The notes under the pieces: model-generated
Told to the model about the DNA's origin: nothing
Databases searched by the model: none
The model's input: only the letters and a program-made list of their open reading frames with translations
Translations under genes and position numbers: made by a program
Shown here: in pieces, positions 41,033 to 50,749 of the stretch
Position numbering within the stretch: the first letter of the stretch is position 1
Layout: each line of letters opens with the position of its first letter
From: Chloroflexota bacterium
GTDB lineage: Bacteria > Chloroflexota > UBA11872 > VXOZ01
DNA length: 64,000 nt
Assembly (NCBI GenBank): GCA_963662335.2
Contig: CAXXVD010000002.1
Coordinates: 416,001 to 480,000 of the forward strand
Direction: 5' to 3'

Positions 41033-43030
41033 ATGGCCACAACGGCAACAACAAACGCGGCAACGCGGGCCGAGGCCCGCGTGCGCGAAACGCGCTACAC
41101 CCACGGCGAGGTCGTGGCGCTGGCGCGGCTGATTCTGCGCGACGCGCGCCTGAACGTCGTTGCGGGCAGCGAGTGGGCCTACAGCGCCCGCGGCCACACC
41201 CTCGCGTACCCGTCGCGGGTGCTGGACACCTGGCCCGGCACCAGCGTCGTCGGCGCGATCTGCCAGCAGATGGCGGAAGCGCGGCACACCGGCGTCATGG
41301 GTGAGCGGGCACTCCAGAGCTTTGCCCGCATCGCGCCACTGGACTTCGGCGCCGTCATGCCGTTCGCGCGTTTCGTCAACGAACTGCGCGTCAACCGCAT
41401 GCACCTGGAGCGGCACCCCGGCTCGGCGCGTTTCCTGCGGGCGCTCTACGCCGACAATCCCCAGTGGGCGTCGGCCCGGCGGCGCAGCACGCCCTTGCGG
41501 GAACAGGTGGAGCAGGGCTTGCTGGCGCGCTGGCTCCAAGAGGTGTGGCCGGAGCGCGCGCGCCCGCCGCGGGTTGGCGGCGCAGCGCACCGCTACGTGG
41601 AGGCGCTGTGGCCCGGCGTGCGCGACGCGCTGCTGCGGGACTCCATGCCGCAGATGTTGGACGTGCTCGCGCGGCGGATGCTGCCGATTCTGGACGAACT
41701 GGTGGCGGAAGACGACCGGCGCGCCCGCCAGCGGCCCGAGACCGAACGGCCTACGCCCGAAGAAGACGCGAGCGCCGAGGACGAAGCCGAGGCCCTGGGT
41801 GAGTTGCGCATCGAAACGGTCGTGGCTGAGGCCGGTTCAGCCGCCGCCCGGCCAGAATCCGGCGAGCGGCAAGATTCCGCCGATTCCAGGTCCGATTCCG
41901 AGCCGGAGCCAGGCTCAGCGGCTGAAGACGGCGGCCCGGCCAAGGTGGAGAGCAGCCCCCACGAGCAGGCCGAATTGCGCGACGACGCCGAGCCGGGCGC
42001 GCAGCCGCAATCCCGTCCCCAAGGCCCGCCGCGCCTGATCGACCCGCGCATGTTCAAGGCGCGTCCCGGCCAACTCACGCCCATGCCGCGCACCATCGTG
42101 CAGGGGCTGGGCGAGCGGCCGGCCGCGCCCAAGACCGACTACGAGAACTTCGACTACCGCGCGGCCGTGCGGCGGCTGGAACCGGCCATCCGGCGCTCGC
42201 TGGACGGCGAGGCCGGACGGAAGGGCCTCAAGGAGATCATGATGCGCCGCCGCTTTGGCACCCTGGAACCGGGGCGGCGTCCCCGCCGGCGGCGCGGCGG
42301 CGACAGCGGCGAGATCGACACCGACCACGTGGAGCGCCTGGTCGTCGCGCCGGAACAAGCCTTCCTCAAGGGCGTGCGCGCGCCGCGGGCGGACCACCAG
42401 AAGGACTTTGCCGCTATCATCCTCATAGACGTCAGCGGCAGCATGGTGGCCAAGGGCTACTCGACGCGCAAGTTCGACCACACCGTGAACGCCGCGATCA
42501 TCTTCAGCGAGATCCACGAGCGGCTGCGCATTCCCTACCAGATGATGGCGTTCTCCGAGGAGGTCTGGCGGCTGCGGACGTTCGAAGAATGCGCGTTCGC
42601 GACGCAGGTGGTGGCGAACGAGCGCACCTACACGCCCAAAGACCTGAGCGGCGTCTTTCGCGCCATGTACGAGCAGCCGCACAAGAAGACGGACGACGCC
42701 GGCGCCGTGCGCCAGGCGGTGGCGGACGTGCAGCAGCAGAAGGGATTCAAGACTATACTGGTCTTAACGGACGGCATCTCCTCCAACCGGCGGAAGTTGC
42801 AGGAGGTGCTGCTGCGCGTGGAGCGGCGCAACGGGATGGTCGGCGCCGGCGACGCGCTGGGCATCATCGTCTTCGGCATCGGCGTGCCGGGCGACGCGCT
42901 GAGCGAATCCTACGTGGCGCAGGCCGACGGCAAATTCCTGCGCTGCCTGCAAACGGTGGTGGTGCCCGACGTGTCCCGGCTGCCGCGCATGATACAGACG
43001 ACGATCGAGCGCCGCATCCGCGGCGTATAG
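41033..43030 (+). CDS. VWA-domain protein (CobT-like) with acidic low-complexity linker
   Basis: MIDAS motif ILIDVSGSM, T in KTDD, LVLTDG; E/D/P/S/A-rich central region. Confidence 0.88.
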   Translation: MATTATTNAATRAEARVRETRYTHGEVVALARLILRDARLNVVAGSEWAYSARGHTLAYPSRVLDTWPGTSVVGAICQQMAEARHTGVMGERALQSFARIAPLDFGAVMPFARFVNELRVNRMHLERHPGSARFLRALYADNPQWASARRRSTPLREQVEQGLLARWLQEVWPERARPPRVGGAAHRYVEALWPGVRDALLRDSMPQMLDVLARRMLPILDELVAEDDRRARQRPETERPTPEEDASAEDEAEALGELRIETVVAEAGSAAARPESGERQDSADSRSDSEPEPGSAAEDGGPAKVESSPHEQAELRDDAEPGAQPQSRPQGPPRLIDPRMFKARPGQLTPMPRTIVQGLGERPAAPKTDYENFDYRAAVRRLEPAIRRSLDGEAGRKGLKEIMMRRRFGTLEPGRRPRRRRGGDSGEIDTDHVERLVVAPEQAFLKGVRAPRADHQKDFAAIILIDVSGSMVAKGYSTRKFDHTVNAAIIFSEIHERLRIPYQMMAFSEEVWRLRTFEECAFATQVVANERTYTPKDLSGVFRAMYEQPHKKTDDAGAVRQAVADVQQQKGFKTILVLTDGISSNRRKLQEVLLRVERRNGMVGAGDALGIIVFGIGVPGDALSESYVAQADGKFLRCLQTVVVPDVSRLPRMIQTTIERRIRGV

Positions 43031-43045
43031 AGCGAGAAGGAGCGT

Positions 43046-43819
43046 GTGGTGAGGCCCGGTATTCAACACTACGCAAACGACAACCTGCCGTGGGGCATCC
43101 GTGCGGCGCTCCTGGTGTGGCTGCTGTGGCTTGTGCTGGCGCACCTCTGCCGGGCGCTGCTCGACTTCTACACGGCATTCGCGCCGCTGCGCTTTCTGGC
43201 CGACGCGAGCCCCCAGACGCTGCGCGGCACCAGTTTCTCCCCCGGCGTCTTGGTTGCCGCCGTGTTGCTGCTGCCCGCGCTGCTCGCCGCCGGTATTGCC
43301 TTTCGCCTGGTTGCCGCCCGCTACCCGGGCGCGCCCTTGCAGGCGCTGGCGTTCACGCGGCTCAATCCGGTGTGGGTGCTGGCGGCCGTGGTGCTGCTGG
43401 GGGTGCTGCTGACGTTTCTGCTGCGGCTCGCCCTGGGGTGGTCGGGCTACCCCCTGCCGCTGCTGGAAGCGCCCGCCGGCTACTTCTCCCTGCTCGATGC
43501 GCTCGCCTACGGCGTGAGCGTGCCGCTGACGGCGCTGCTGGCGGGGGTGCTGGTCTTTGGGTTCTGCTATCCGGTGCTGGTGGCGCGCTTGGGCCTCTGG
43601 GCCGGCGGCTTGGCGTGCGCCGTCTGCTTCGCGCTGCCGCAGCTTGCCGCGCAAGGCGTCTACTGGCAACCGGCGGCGGCCCTGCTGGTCATGGGCGTCT
43701 ACCTGACGGCGGTGCGGGCGCGCACGGAATCGGCCTACACCGCGACGCTCGGCTATACCGGCGTTGCTATCTACCTGGCGCTGTCGGCAGTGGTGGCGGA
43801 GCTAGCCGCGGCCGCTTAG
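43046..43819 (+). CDS. CPBP/Abi (CAAX protease)-like membrane protein lacking catalytic residues
   Basis: Multi-TM; topology VPLTALLAGVLVFG, CFALPQ, RARTES, LGYTGVA matches CPBP spacing without EExxxR, FxxxH and HxxxN. Confidence 0.6.
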   Translation: MVRPGIQHYANDNLPWGIRAALLVWLLWLVLAHLCRALLDFYTAFAPLRFLADASPQTLRGTSFSPGVLVAAVLLLPALLAAGIAFRLVAARYPGAPLQALAFTRLNPVWVLAAVVLLGVLLTFLLRLALGWSGYPLPLLEAPAGYFSLLDALAYGVSVPLTALLAGVLVFGFCYPVLVARLGLWAGGLACAVCFALPQLAAQGVYWQPAAALLVMGVYLTAVRARTESAYTATLGYTGVAIYLALSAVVAELAAAA

Positions 43820-44235
43820 CCGTCCCGCAAGAGACTGCGGCCCGTGGCGGCGGCGACGATTGCGTACAGCGGATCGATGACCGACCACATGACCAGATAG
43901 GGCATCTGCTGCACGTCGGCTTCCAAGGTCAGGAAGTCGAACCAATTCCAAAAGAACCACAAGGCCAGCAGAATGGCGGCCCACTTGGCGGCGTTGGCCG
44001 CCAGTGACGCGGCGGCCCCGGCCTCAGAATCCGCGGCCTGCTCCGCCGCCAACCCGCGGCGCACGTTCACCACCACGGCAACCACGATGCCCAACGCCAT
44101 GAACCAATCCAAGACGCTCCACACCGCGATGGGGTCGAGCGCGTCGCGGTAGAACGGGCTGAATACGAAGTGCACCGCCACAACGAGGGCGCTGCCGAGC
44201 AAGTATATGCCTAAGGGTTTCCGTGCGGCGTCCAT
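43816..44235 (-). CDS. Hypothetical membrane protein (about four TM helices)
   Basis: Hydrophobic ORF with AGAAAGGA RBS; no family recognised. Confidence 0.7.
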   Translation of the reverse strand: MDAARKPLGIYLLGSALVVAVHFVFSPFYRDALDPIAVWSVLDWFMALGIVVAVVVNVRRGLAAEQAADSEAGAAASLAANAAKWAAILLALWFFWNWFDFLTLEADVQQMPYLVMWSVIDPLYAIVAAATGRSLLRDG

Positions 44236-44310
44236 GCGCGTATCCTTTCTCCGGCTGCAACCTGAACTCCTAACGAATGACATTCATCCCGTAGCGCGGG
44301 GGCTTGTCCC

Positions 44311-44473
44311 CAATGCTGTCGCATTAAACTCAAATGGCGATGTGAACCACGCCTCGCATCTCCGGTAGCGCAGGTTTGTAACCTGCGAATCTTGCAGGTC
44401 AATCCTTAGCGTACCAGTTTCAATGGCTCCGGCGGGGGACAAGCCCCCGCGCTACGTTAATGCGACAACATTT
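44311..44473. mobile_element. 163-bp MITE with IS4-type ends, inserted in a family A REP
   Basis: caatgctgtcgcattaa ... ttaatgcgacaacattt, 11-bp duplication gggcttgtccc; contains one family B-like and one family A REP. Confidence 0.85.
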
Positions 44474-44560
44474 GGGCTTGTCCCCCGCCCGGCGCCGGGC
44501 CGGATTTCCTGATGGATTCCCGCTTGCCCGGGAATGGCAGACTCTGGCGCGGCGGGAGCG

Positions 44561-46966
44561 TTAGCAGCGGGAGTAGCCGCAGACCAGGCATTTCTCGCAG
44601 CCTTCCTCGTAGACCACGCCGGCCGCGCCGCAATCCGGGCAGATCTCGCCGTGGCGCGCCTCGCGGGTTGGGGCTTCCGCCTGCGCCCCCGGCTGCAAGC
44701 CCAGTTGCACCACCGACGCCTCCTCGGCGGCGCCGTTCGCGCCGGTGGGAATCTCGTAGATCTCGGCAATCACCTGCGCGATGGCGTCCGGCACCGAGAG
44801 CACGCGGTTGGGGCCGATGCCCATCACGTCCAGGGAGCCGATGCCGCGCAGGTGCTTGTAGTGCTCCTTGATCGGCACGCCGCTGCGCAGGCCGAGCGTA
44901 ATCGAGCGCGCCAGCGCCTCCAGATAGGCCTGGTCGGCGGTGCCGGCCTTGCCCAGCGTCAGGAAGATCTCGATTGGCCGCCGTTCCTCGCCGTCGCCGT
45001 CGTGGTTGATGGTCACGTAGAGGTCGCCCCGCGCCGTGACCTTCTTCACGGTCACGCCGGAGACCACGGCCGGGCGTTTGCGCGGGTGCATGGCTACCGG
45101 CACGGCCGGGCCGCGCGGCTGCTCTGTGTCTGCGGCTTTTTCACCAGCCTCTTCCTTCTTCTCCTCCACGCGGGAGAGCACCGGCGTGCGCGAACCGTCG
45201 CGGAAGAACGTGATGCCCTTGCAGCCCAGGTCGTAAGCCAGGGTGTAGAGCTTCTCCACGTCCGCTACCTCGTAGGAATTCGGCGCGTTCACGGTTTTGG
45301 AAATGCTGGAGTCGGTGAATTCCTGCACGATTGCCTGTACGCGCACGTGGTCTTCCGGCCGCAGGTCGTTGCTGCTGGCGAAGTAGTCCGGCACAGGCTC
45401 GCCCGCGTGGGCGTCCTGCCACTCCTTGAAGAGCGGGTGGTAGAGAATGTGCTCGCCGGTGCGATCCACGCGCTTCATGGCAAAGTCGAAGACCGGCTCG
45501 ATGCCGCTGGAAACGCCGGAGAGCAGCGAGGTGGTGCCGGTGGGCGCTTGGGTGAGCAGCACGCCGTTGCGGACGCCGTGCGCGGCAATCTGCGCTTGCA
45601 GCGCGGCCGGCAATTGGCGGATGAAGTCGCCCTGCAGGAACTTCTCAGAATCGAAGTGCGGAAACGGCCCTTTCTCCTGGGCGATTTCAACCGACGCGCT
45701 GTAGGACGCGTCGCGGATGGTGCGGTAGATGCGCTCGACCACCGGCATCGACTCCGCGCTGCCGTAACGCACTTTCAGCTTGATGAGCGCGTCGGCCAGC
45801 CCCATGGTGCCCAGGCCCGTGCGGCGCGTGCCGTGGCGCTGCTGGCGCTCGTTGTCGGCGATGAAGTAGGGCGTGGCGTCGATGACGTTATCCAGGAAGC
45901 GGATGGCGACTTTGGACGTCTCGGCCAGCAGGTCGTAGTCCATCGCGCCGTCGCGCACGAACGCCGAGAGATTGATCGCGCCCAGATTGCAGACGCCCCA
46001 TTCGGGCAGACCCTGCTCGCCGCAGGGGTTCACGCAGCGGATTTGCTCGAAGTACCAGGTGTTGGAACGCTTCTGGTAGCGCTCCATGAAGACCAGGCCG
46101 GGCTCCGCTGAGCGCCAGGCGGCCTCGCAAATCTTCTGCCACATCTCCCGCGCCTTGACCGTGCGCTGGACGGTGACGGCCTTGCCCCGCGCGCGCCACG
46201 CGGCCAGATCGCCGTTCCAGACCTCGTCGTACTCCGGGTCGGTGGTGTCCGGAAAGACCAACTCCCAGTCGCCGTCGGCTTTCACCGCCTCCATGAAGCT
46301 ATCCGAGGCGCAAATGGAGAGGTTGGCGTGGTTGATGCGGGTGAGGTCGGTCTTGACCGTGATGAATTCCTCGATGTCCGGGTGCCAATCGTCCAGCATG
46401 AGCATGAGCGCGCCGCGGCGGGAGCCGCCCTGCTGGATGACGTCGCCGGTGGCCACCGAGTACAACTCGCCCCACGAGCACGGCCCGCTGGCGGTGCCGT
46501 TCACGGACCGGATATAGGAACCGCGCGGCCGTAAGCTGGAAAGATTAATGCCCACGCCGCCGCCGCGCGCCATGATCTCGGTCATGACGCTCAGGTTCTC
46601 CAGAATCCCGCCGCGGCTGTCGTGCGGCGAGGGGATGACGTAGCAGTTGTAGAAGGTGACCTCATGCCCCGTGCCGGCGCCGGCCAGGATGCGGCCCCCC
46701 GGCACGAACTTGAAGTCCCGCAGCGCGTGGTAGAATCTTTCTTCCCACGCGGGGCGGATCGGCTCTTCTTCTACGGCGGCAATGCCCCGGGCCACCCGCC
46801 GCCACATCTGCTCCGGATACTCCTCCAATGCCGCGCCGGTCTCGTCCTTGAACGAATAGCGGTCGGCAAAGACCTTCTGCCGGATGCCGTCGAGCATAGT
46901 GCCGTCTGCTACGTGGGCGACGGGCTGCCCGTTGGCGCTCTTGCCGTTGGTGTGAATGACTGCCAT
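44561..46966 (-). CDS. nrdJ: Adenosylcobalamin-dependent (class II) ribonucleotide reductase
   Basis: PGGRILAGAG, FYNCYV, GGSRRGA, VNPCGEQ, CNLG and APTGT motifs; C-terminal SVPD and CPDC..EGCEKC..CG zinc ribbon. Confidence 0.95.
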   Translation of the reverse strand: MAVIHTNGKSANGQPVAHVADGTMLDGIRQKVFADRYSFKDETGAALEEYPEQMWRRVARGIAAVEEEPIRPAWEERFYHALRDFKFVPGGRILAGAGTGHEVTFYNCYVIPSPHDSRGGILENLSVMTEIMARGGGVGINLSSLRPRGSYIRSVNGTASGPCSWGELYSVATGDVIQQGGSRRGALMLMLDDWHPDIEEFITVKTDLTRINHANLSICASDSFMEAVKADGDWELVFPDTTDPEYDEVWNGDLAAWRARGKAVTVQRTVKAREMWQKICEAAWRSAEPGLVFMERYQKRSNTWYFEQIRCVNPCGEQGLPEWGVCNLGAINLSAFVRDGAMDYDLLAETSKVAIRFLDNVIDATPYFIADNERQQRHGTRRTGLGTMGLADALIKLKVRYGSAESMPVVERIYRTIRDASYSASVEIAQEKGPFPHFDSEKFLQGDFIRQLPAALQAQIAAHGVRNGVLLTQAPTGTTSLLSGVSSGIEPVFDFAMKRVDRTGEHILYHPLFKEWQDAHAGEPVPDYFASSNDLRPEDHVRVQAIVQEFTDSSISKTVNAPNSYEVADVEKLYTLAYDLGCKGITFFRDGSRTPVLSRVEEKKEEAGEKAADTEQPRGPAVPVAMHPRKRPAVVSGVTVKKVTARGDLYVTINHDGDGEERRPIEIFLTLGKAGTADQAYLEALARSITLGLRSGVPIKEHYKHLRGIGSLDVMGIGPNRVLSVPDAIAQVIAEIYEIPTGANGAAEEASVVQLGLQPGAQAEAPTREARHGEICPDCGAAGVVYEEGCEKCLVCGYSRC

Positions 46967-47089
46967 TGCTGGGATCTCCTTGCGTCAGTGGATTGGCAGA
47001 GTGAACGAAGGTGCGCGCAGAAGAGGGATGCGCTCAAGACTCGCGTATGCGCAATGCGGCGTAGCGGCGCTGCTCAAAATGCTGCGTGC

Positions 47090-47137
47090 TCAATATATCT
47101 TGTTGTAGTGGAGATTATAGATAACAAGATATGGGGG
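47090..47137. promoter_or_regulatory. Tandem NrdR boxes upstream of nrdJ
   Basis: tcaatatatcttgttg (47090) and taacaagatatggggg (47122) resemble the NrdR consensus and are offset by 32 bp. Confidence 0.8.
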
Positions 47138-47503
47138 CGTCAAGGGATATAGGCGCGTTTTGCCAGGATTTTTGCGGTTTGGCAATTAAGACAGCGAGAC
47201 AGCCGAAGGCGTTCAAACGAGGGGTGTATACAGCATAGCACACCTGCCGGAGCCGATGCTAGGTTACGCGCCGGTGCGCCGGCACTGCGGCTGTTGCTGC
47301 CATAACTCCCATCCTGCTACATTGGGTACAGCCTCAGCTTGCCACCACTAGCCTGCTTTGACGACACGCCCTAATTCCCGAAGCGCCCCGGCTGCCGCGC
47401 CAAAGACGTATACTGTTCACGTGGACGCCTGCCATCGCTTGCGGCTCCCAGCGCAAGGCGCCGCCCGTAGACCCGCTACCGCAAAGGAGAACGCACACCC
47501 GCC

Positions 47504-49706
47504 ATGCCACCGGAATACGATGCAGCGACGTTGCGCGAATACTGCGGCACGGTCGCATTGACGCCCACCGGCGACGTGGCGGCCGGCTCGTGGGGCACGT
47601 GGACGTTCACCTTTACCGTTGGGACGTACGGCATGGACGACCGTTCCAACCTGCGCCTGGTGATGCGGGGCGTCTGCGACTGGGGCAAACCGAATTTCAC
47701 CGATCCCGCCGCGCCGAACTACTGCCGCGTCCACACCGACGGGAACGCCGAATTGCGGGTGCACTTCGACCCGGAAAACCACGTGCGGCCCTGGCGGCGC
47801 ACCATCCACGTGCACGTGCACGATGGCACCCTTAAGGCAGGCGAGCACATCTGGATCGTGCTGGGAGACCAATCCGGCGGCAGCCCCGGCAGCCAGGCGC
47901 AGACGTTCGTGGAACGCACCTTCGAGTTCAAGTTCTTTGCCGACAACTTCGGCACGCTGCAATTCCGCGAACTGCCCGACGCGCCGGTGGTGCGCATCGC
48001 GGCGGGACCGGTGGCGCATCTGGTGGCGCAAGCGCCGAGCATGGCGGCGATGGGAGAAGAATTCGACGTGCTCGTGCGCGCCGACGACGCCTGGGGCAAT
48101 ACGGCGGACGGCTTTCGCGGCGCGGTCGGCCTCTATCTGCCCCATCAGGCGGAGCCGCTGGCGCGCCACACGTTCAGCGCGGAGGACGGCGGGATCCACC
48201 GCTTCACCGGCCTGACGATTCAAGAGACCGGCATTATCCGCCTGGAAGCGCGCAGCACAAAGCCGGCGTTCAGCGTTCGCAGCAATCCCATCCACGTGCA
48301 GGCGGACGCGCCCGCCGTGCGCCTCTACTGGGGCGACATGCACGCCCAGACCGAGGAGACCGTGGGCACCGGCAGCCCGGACGAGTACTTTACCTACGCC
48401 CGCGACCACGCCGGCGTGGACTTCCTGGGCATCCAGGGCAATGATTTTCAAATTACCGCTGAATTCTGGTATGAGTTACAAGAAATCGTGAAGCGCTACA
48501 ACGACCCCGGCCGTTTTCTCACGCTGCTCGGCTACGAGTGGTCCGGCAACCATCCGGCCGGCGGCGACCACAACGTGCACTTTCTCGGCGATGAAGGCCC
48601 GCTGCACCGCTCGTCCCACTGGCAGGTACCGGGGGACCCGGGGCCGTGGGAAGACACGTGCCCGGTCTCGAAACTGGTTGACCTCTACCGCGGGCGGGAC
48701 GACGTCTTTCTGATTCCCCACATCGGCGGGCGGCGCGCGAACCTCGACTACTTTGACTCAGAGGTCATGCCCCTCATCGAGATTGCCTCGGCCCACGGTT
48801 GGTTCGAGTGGGTCTGGCAGGAGGCGCTGGCGCGCGGCTATATCACCGGCTTTGCGGCCGGCAGCGACGACCACACAGGACGTCCCGGCACCAGCCGCCC
48901 TACAAACGGCGGCATGTTCGGCGTGCGCGGCGGCTTGCTCGGCACGTACGCGCCGGCGCTCCAGCGCCGCTCGATCTGGGACGCCATCCGCGCCCGGCAT
49001 ACGTTCGCCTCCACCGGCGCGCGCATGATTCTGCACGTGACCGCCGACGGACACCCGATGGGCGAGGTTTTTTTGTAACACCAATCCGCCGGTGTTAAGC
49101 GTGCAAGTGGCCGGTACCGCCCCGCTGGAGAAAGTGGAGGCGCTGCGCGGCACGGAGGTGGTCTACTCTCATCCCCTCGTGGAGCGGGAAAGCGGCCTCC
49201 CGCGCAAGATTCGCGTCGGCTGGCGCGGCGCGCGCGTGAAAGACCGCACCCGCCGCCTGCGCTGGGACGGCAGCCTGCGCGTGGAGAACGGCCGCATCCT
49301 GGCGGCTAAGGGCTGGGCCTTCGACGACCCCACGGAAGGCATCGTGGAGTGGAACGAAGAGAGCGTGCGCTGGGTCTCGCAGACCTCCGGCGACTGGGAC
49401 GGCGTGGCGCTGGAAATTGCCGGTGATGCCGAGACCACGCTTCACTTCACGTCCGCGCCCGCCACTTTTGCGGTGCGGCTAGACGAACTCGCCGCTGGCA
49501 GCGAAATCGTGCGCCCCGGCAGCACCGGCGTCGGCAGCGAAGTCCGTATCAGCCACGACCATGAGGAGCGCGCGCCCTATGACGTCGCCTTCACGTTCCA
49601 AGACCCGCAACCGCTGCAAAGAGACCTTACCCCCTATTTCGTCCGCGTCACCCAATACGACGGCGAGATGGCCTGGTGCAGTCCGGTGTTTGTAAAGAAG
49701 GCGTAG
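47504..49706 (+). pseudogene. DUF3604-like PHP-domain protein split by a one-base frameshift (47504-49078 and 49092-49706)
   Basis: YWGDMHAQ, GYEWSG, GGDHNV, IPHIGG and SDDHTGRPG motifs; second part ends YFVRVTQYDGEMAWCSPVFV; removing one T from the run at 49068-49074 joins them. Confidence 0.8.
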
Positions 49707-49777
49707 ACGCGCCTCACGTGCACGATCAAGCGGGTTGGTATTGTCATCCTAGACACGAAGAGGCGGGGGACAAGCCC

Positions 49778-49922
49778 TAATGGTGTTGCATTAAACGTAA
49801 TGGCAATGAGAATCACGTCTCACATCTCCGGTAACGCAGATTTACAATTCACGGCGCTGTAGGGTCAATCCTTTGCACGTCCTTTTTTCTTGCTCCGGCG
49901 GGGGACAAGCCCCCGCGCTACG
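49778..49922. mobile_element. Degenerate copy of the IS4-type MITE lacking the right IR
   Basis: Starts taatggtgttgcattaa directly after gcgggggacaagccc; interior resembles the 44311 copy; ends in a family A REP. Confidence 0.7.
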
Positions 49923-49954
49923 CAGTCACGTGTCTTGACTAAGCGCAGATCTCC

Positions 49955-50725
49955 ATGCCGTATCCAAACTTCCCCAACAAACACCGTGAAGCGGCGCTTA
50001 TCACGCCGCAAGCTGCCGTTGCGCACTTGGTGACCGAGGAGCCGCCTCTGCCGTATCCGGATGCCGTGATCTTCTGCTATCAGTCTTCCTTGCTGGCGCA
50101 TATCCTCGAGCAGCATGAGACCATTAGTCCTGGGCGGGGAAGTTACCGCCATCTACATTGGCTCGCGGAAACGGAAAACCGCGTCGCCGTCGCCGGTGGC
50201 TTTGGTGTAGGCGCGCCCGCGGTGGTGCTGGCGCTGGAAGCGCTGATCGTGCAGGGTGTCCGCCGCTTTCTTTCAATTGGCACGGCGGGCAGTTTGCAGC
50301 GGCACGTCGCCATTGGCGACATCGTCGTCTGCGACCGGGCGATCCGGGATGAAGGCACGTCGCACCACTACGTGCCGCCGGAAAAGTACGCCCAGGCTTC
50401 GCCCGCCATGACCGCCCGGTTGGTCGAGGCGCTACAGGACGCGGACATCGCGCATACCGTCGGCACGAGTTGGACCATTGACGCGCCGTACCGCGAGACC
50501 GTCACGGAAGTGCGGCGCTATCAGGCCGAGGGTGTGCTGACCGTCGAGATGGAAGCCGCGGCGCTCTTTGCGGTGGCGGCCTATCGCGGCGTGGAGATGG
50601 GATCACTCCTGACGATCAGCGACTCCCTGGCGGACCTCACCTGGGAGCCGCACTTCCGCTCCGACACCACGCGCGTCGGATTGGAAACGCTCTACCGCGT
50701 GGCGCTCCAGGCGCTTGCGGGCTAA
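49955..50725 (+). CDS. Nucleoside phosphorylase (PNP/UDP family)
   Basis: GVGAP, IGTAGSL, AIRDEGTSHHY, WTIDAPYRET and VEMEAAALF motifs. Confidence 0.92.
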   Translation: MPYPNFPNKHREAALITPQAAVAHLVTEEPPLPYPDAVIFCYQSSLLAHILEQHETISPGRGSYRHLHWLAETENRVAVAGGFGVGAPAVVLALEALIVQGVRRFLSIGTAGSLQRHVAIGDIVVCDRAIRDEGTSHHYVPPEKYAQASPAMTARLVEALQDADIAHTVGTSWTIDAPYRETVTEVRRYQAEGVLTVEMEAAALFAVAAYRGVEMGSLLTISDSLADLTWEPHFRSDTTRVGLETLYRVALQALAG

Positions 50726-50749
50726 ATCCGGCTAGAGCCAGACAAGCGC

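Noticed and set aside
46967-47503. Cobalamin riboswitch upstream of nrdJ
   Set aside because: No convincing B12-box or conserved core was recognised; the NrdR boxes explain the regulation. A covariance-model search would be needed to exclude it.
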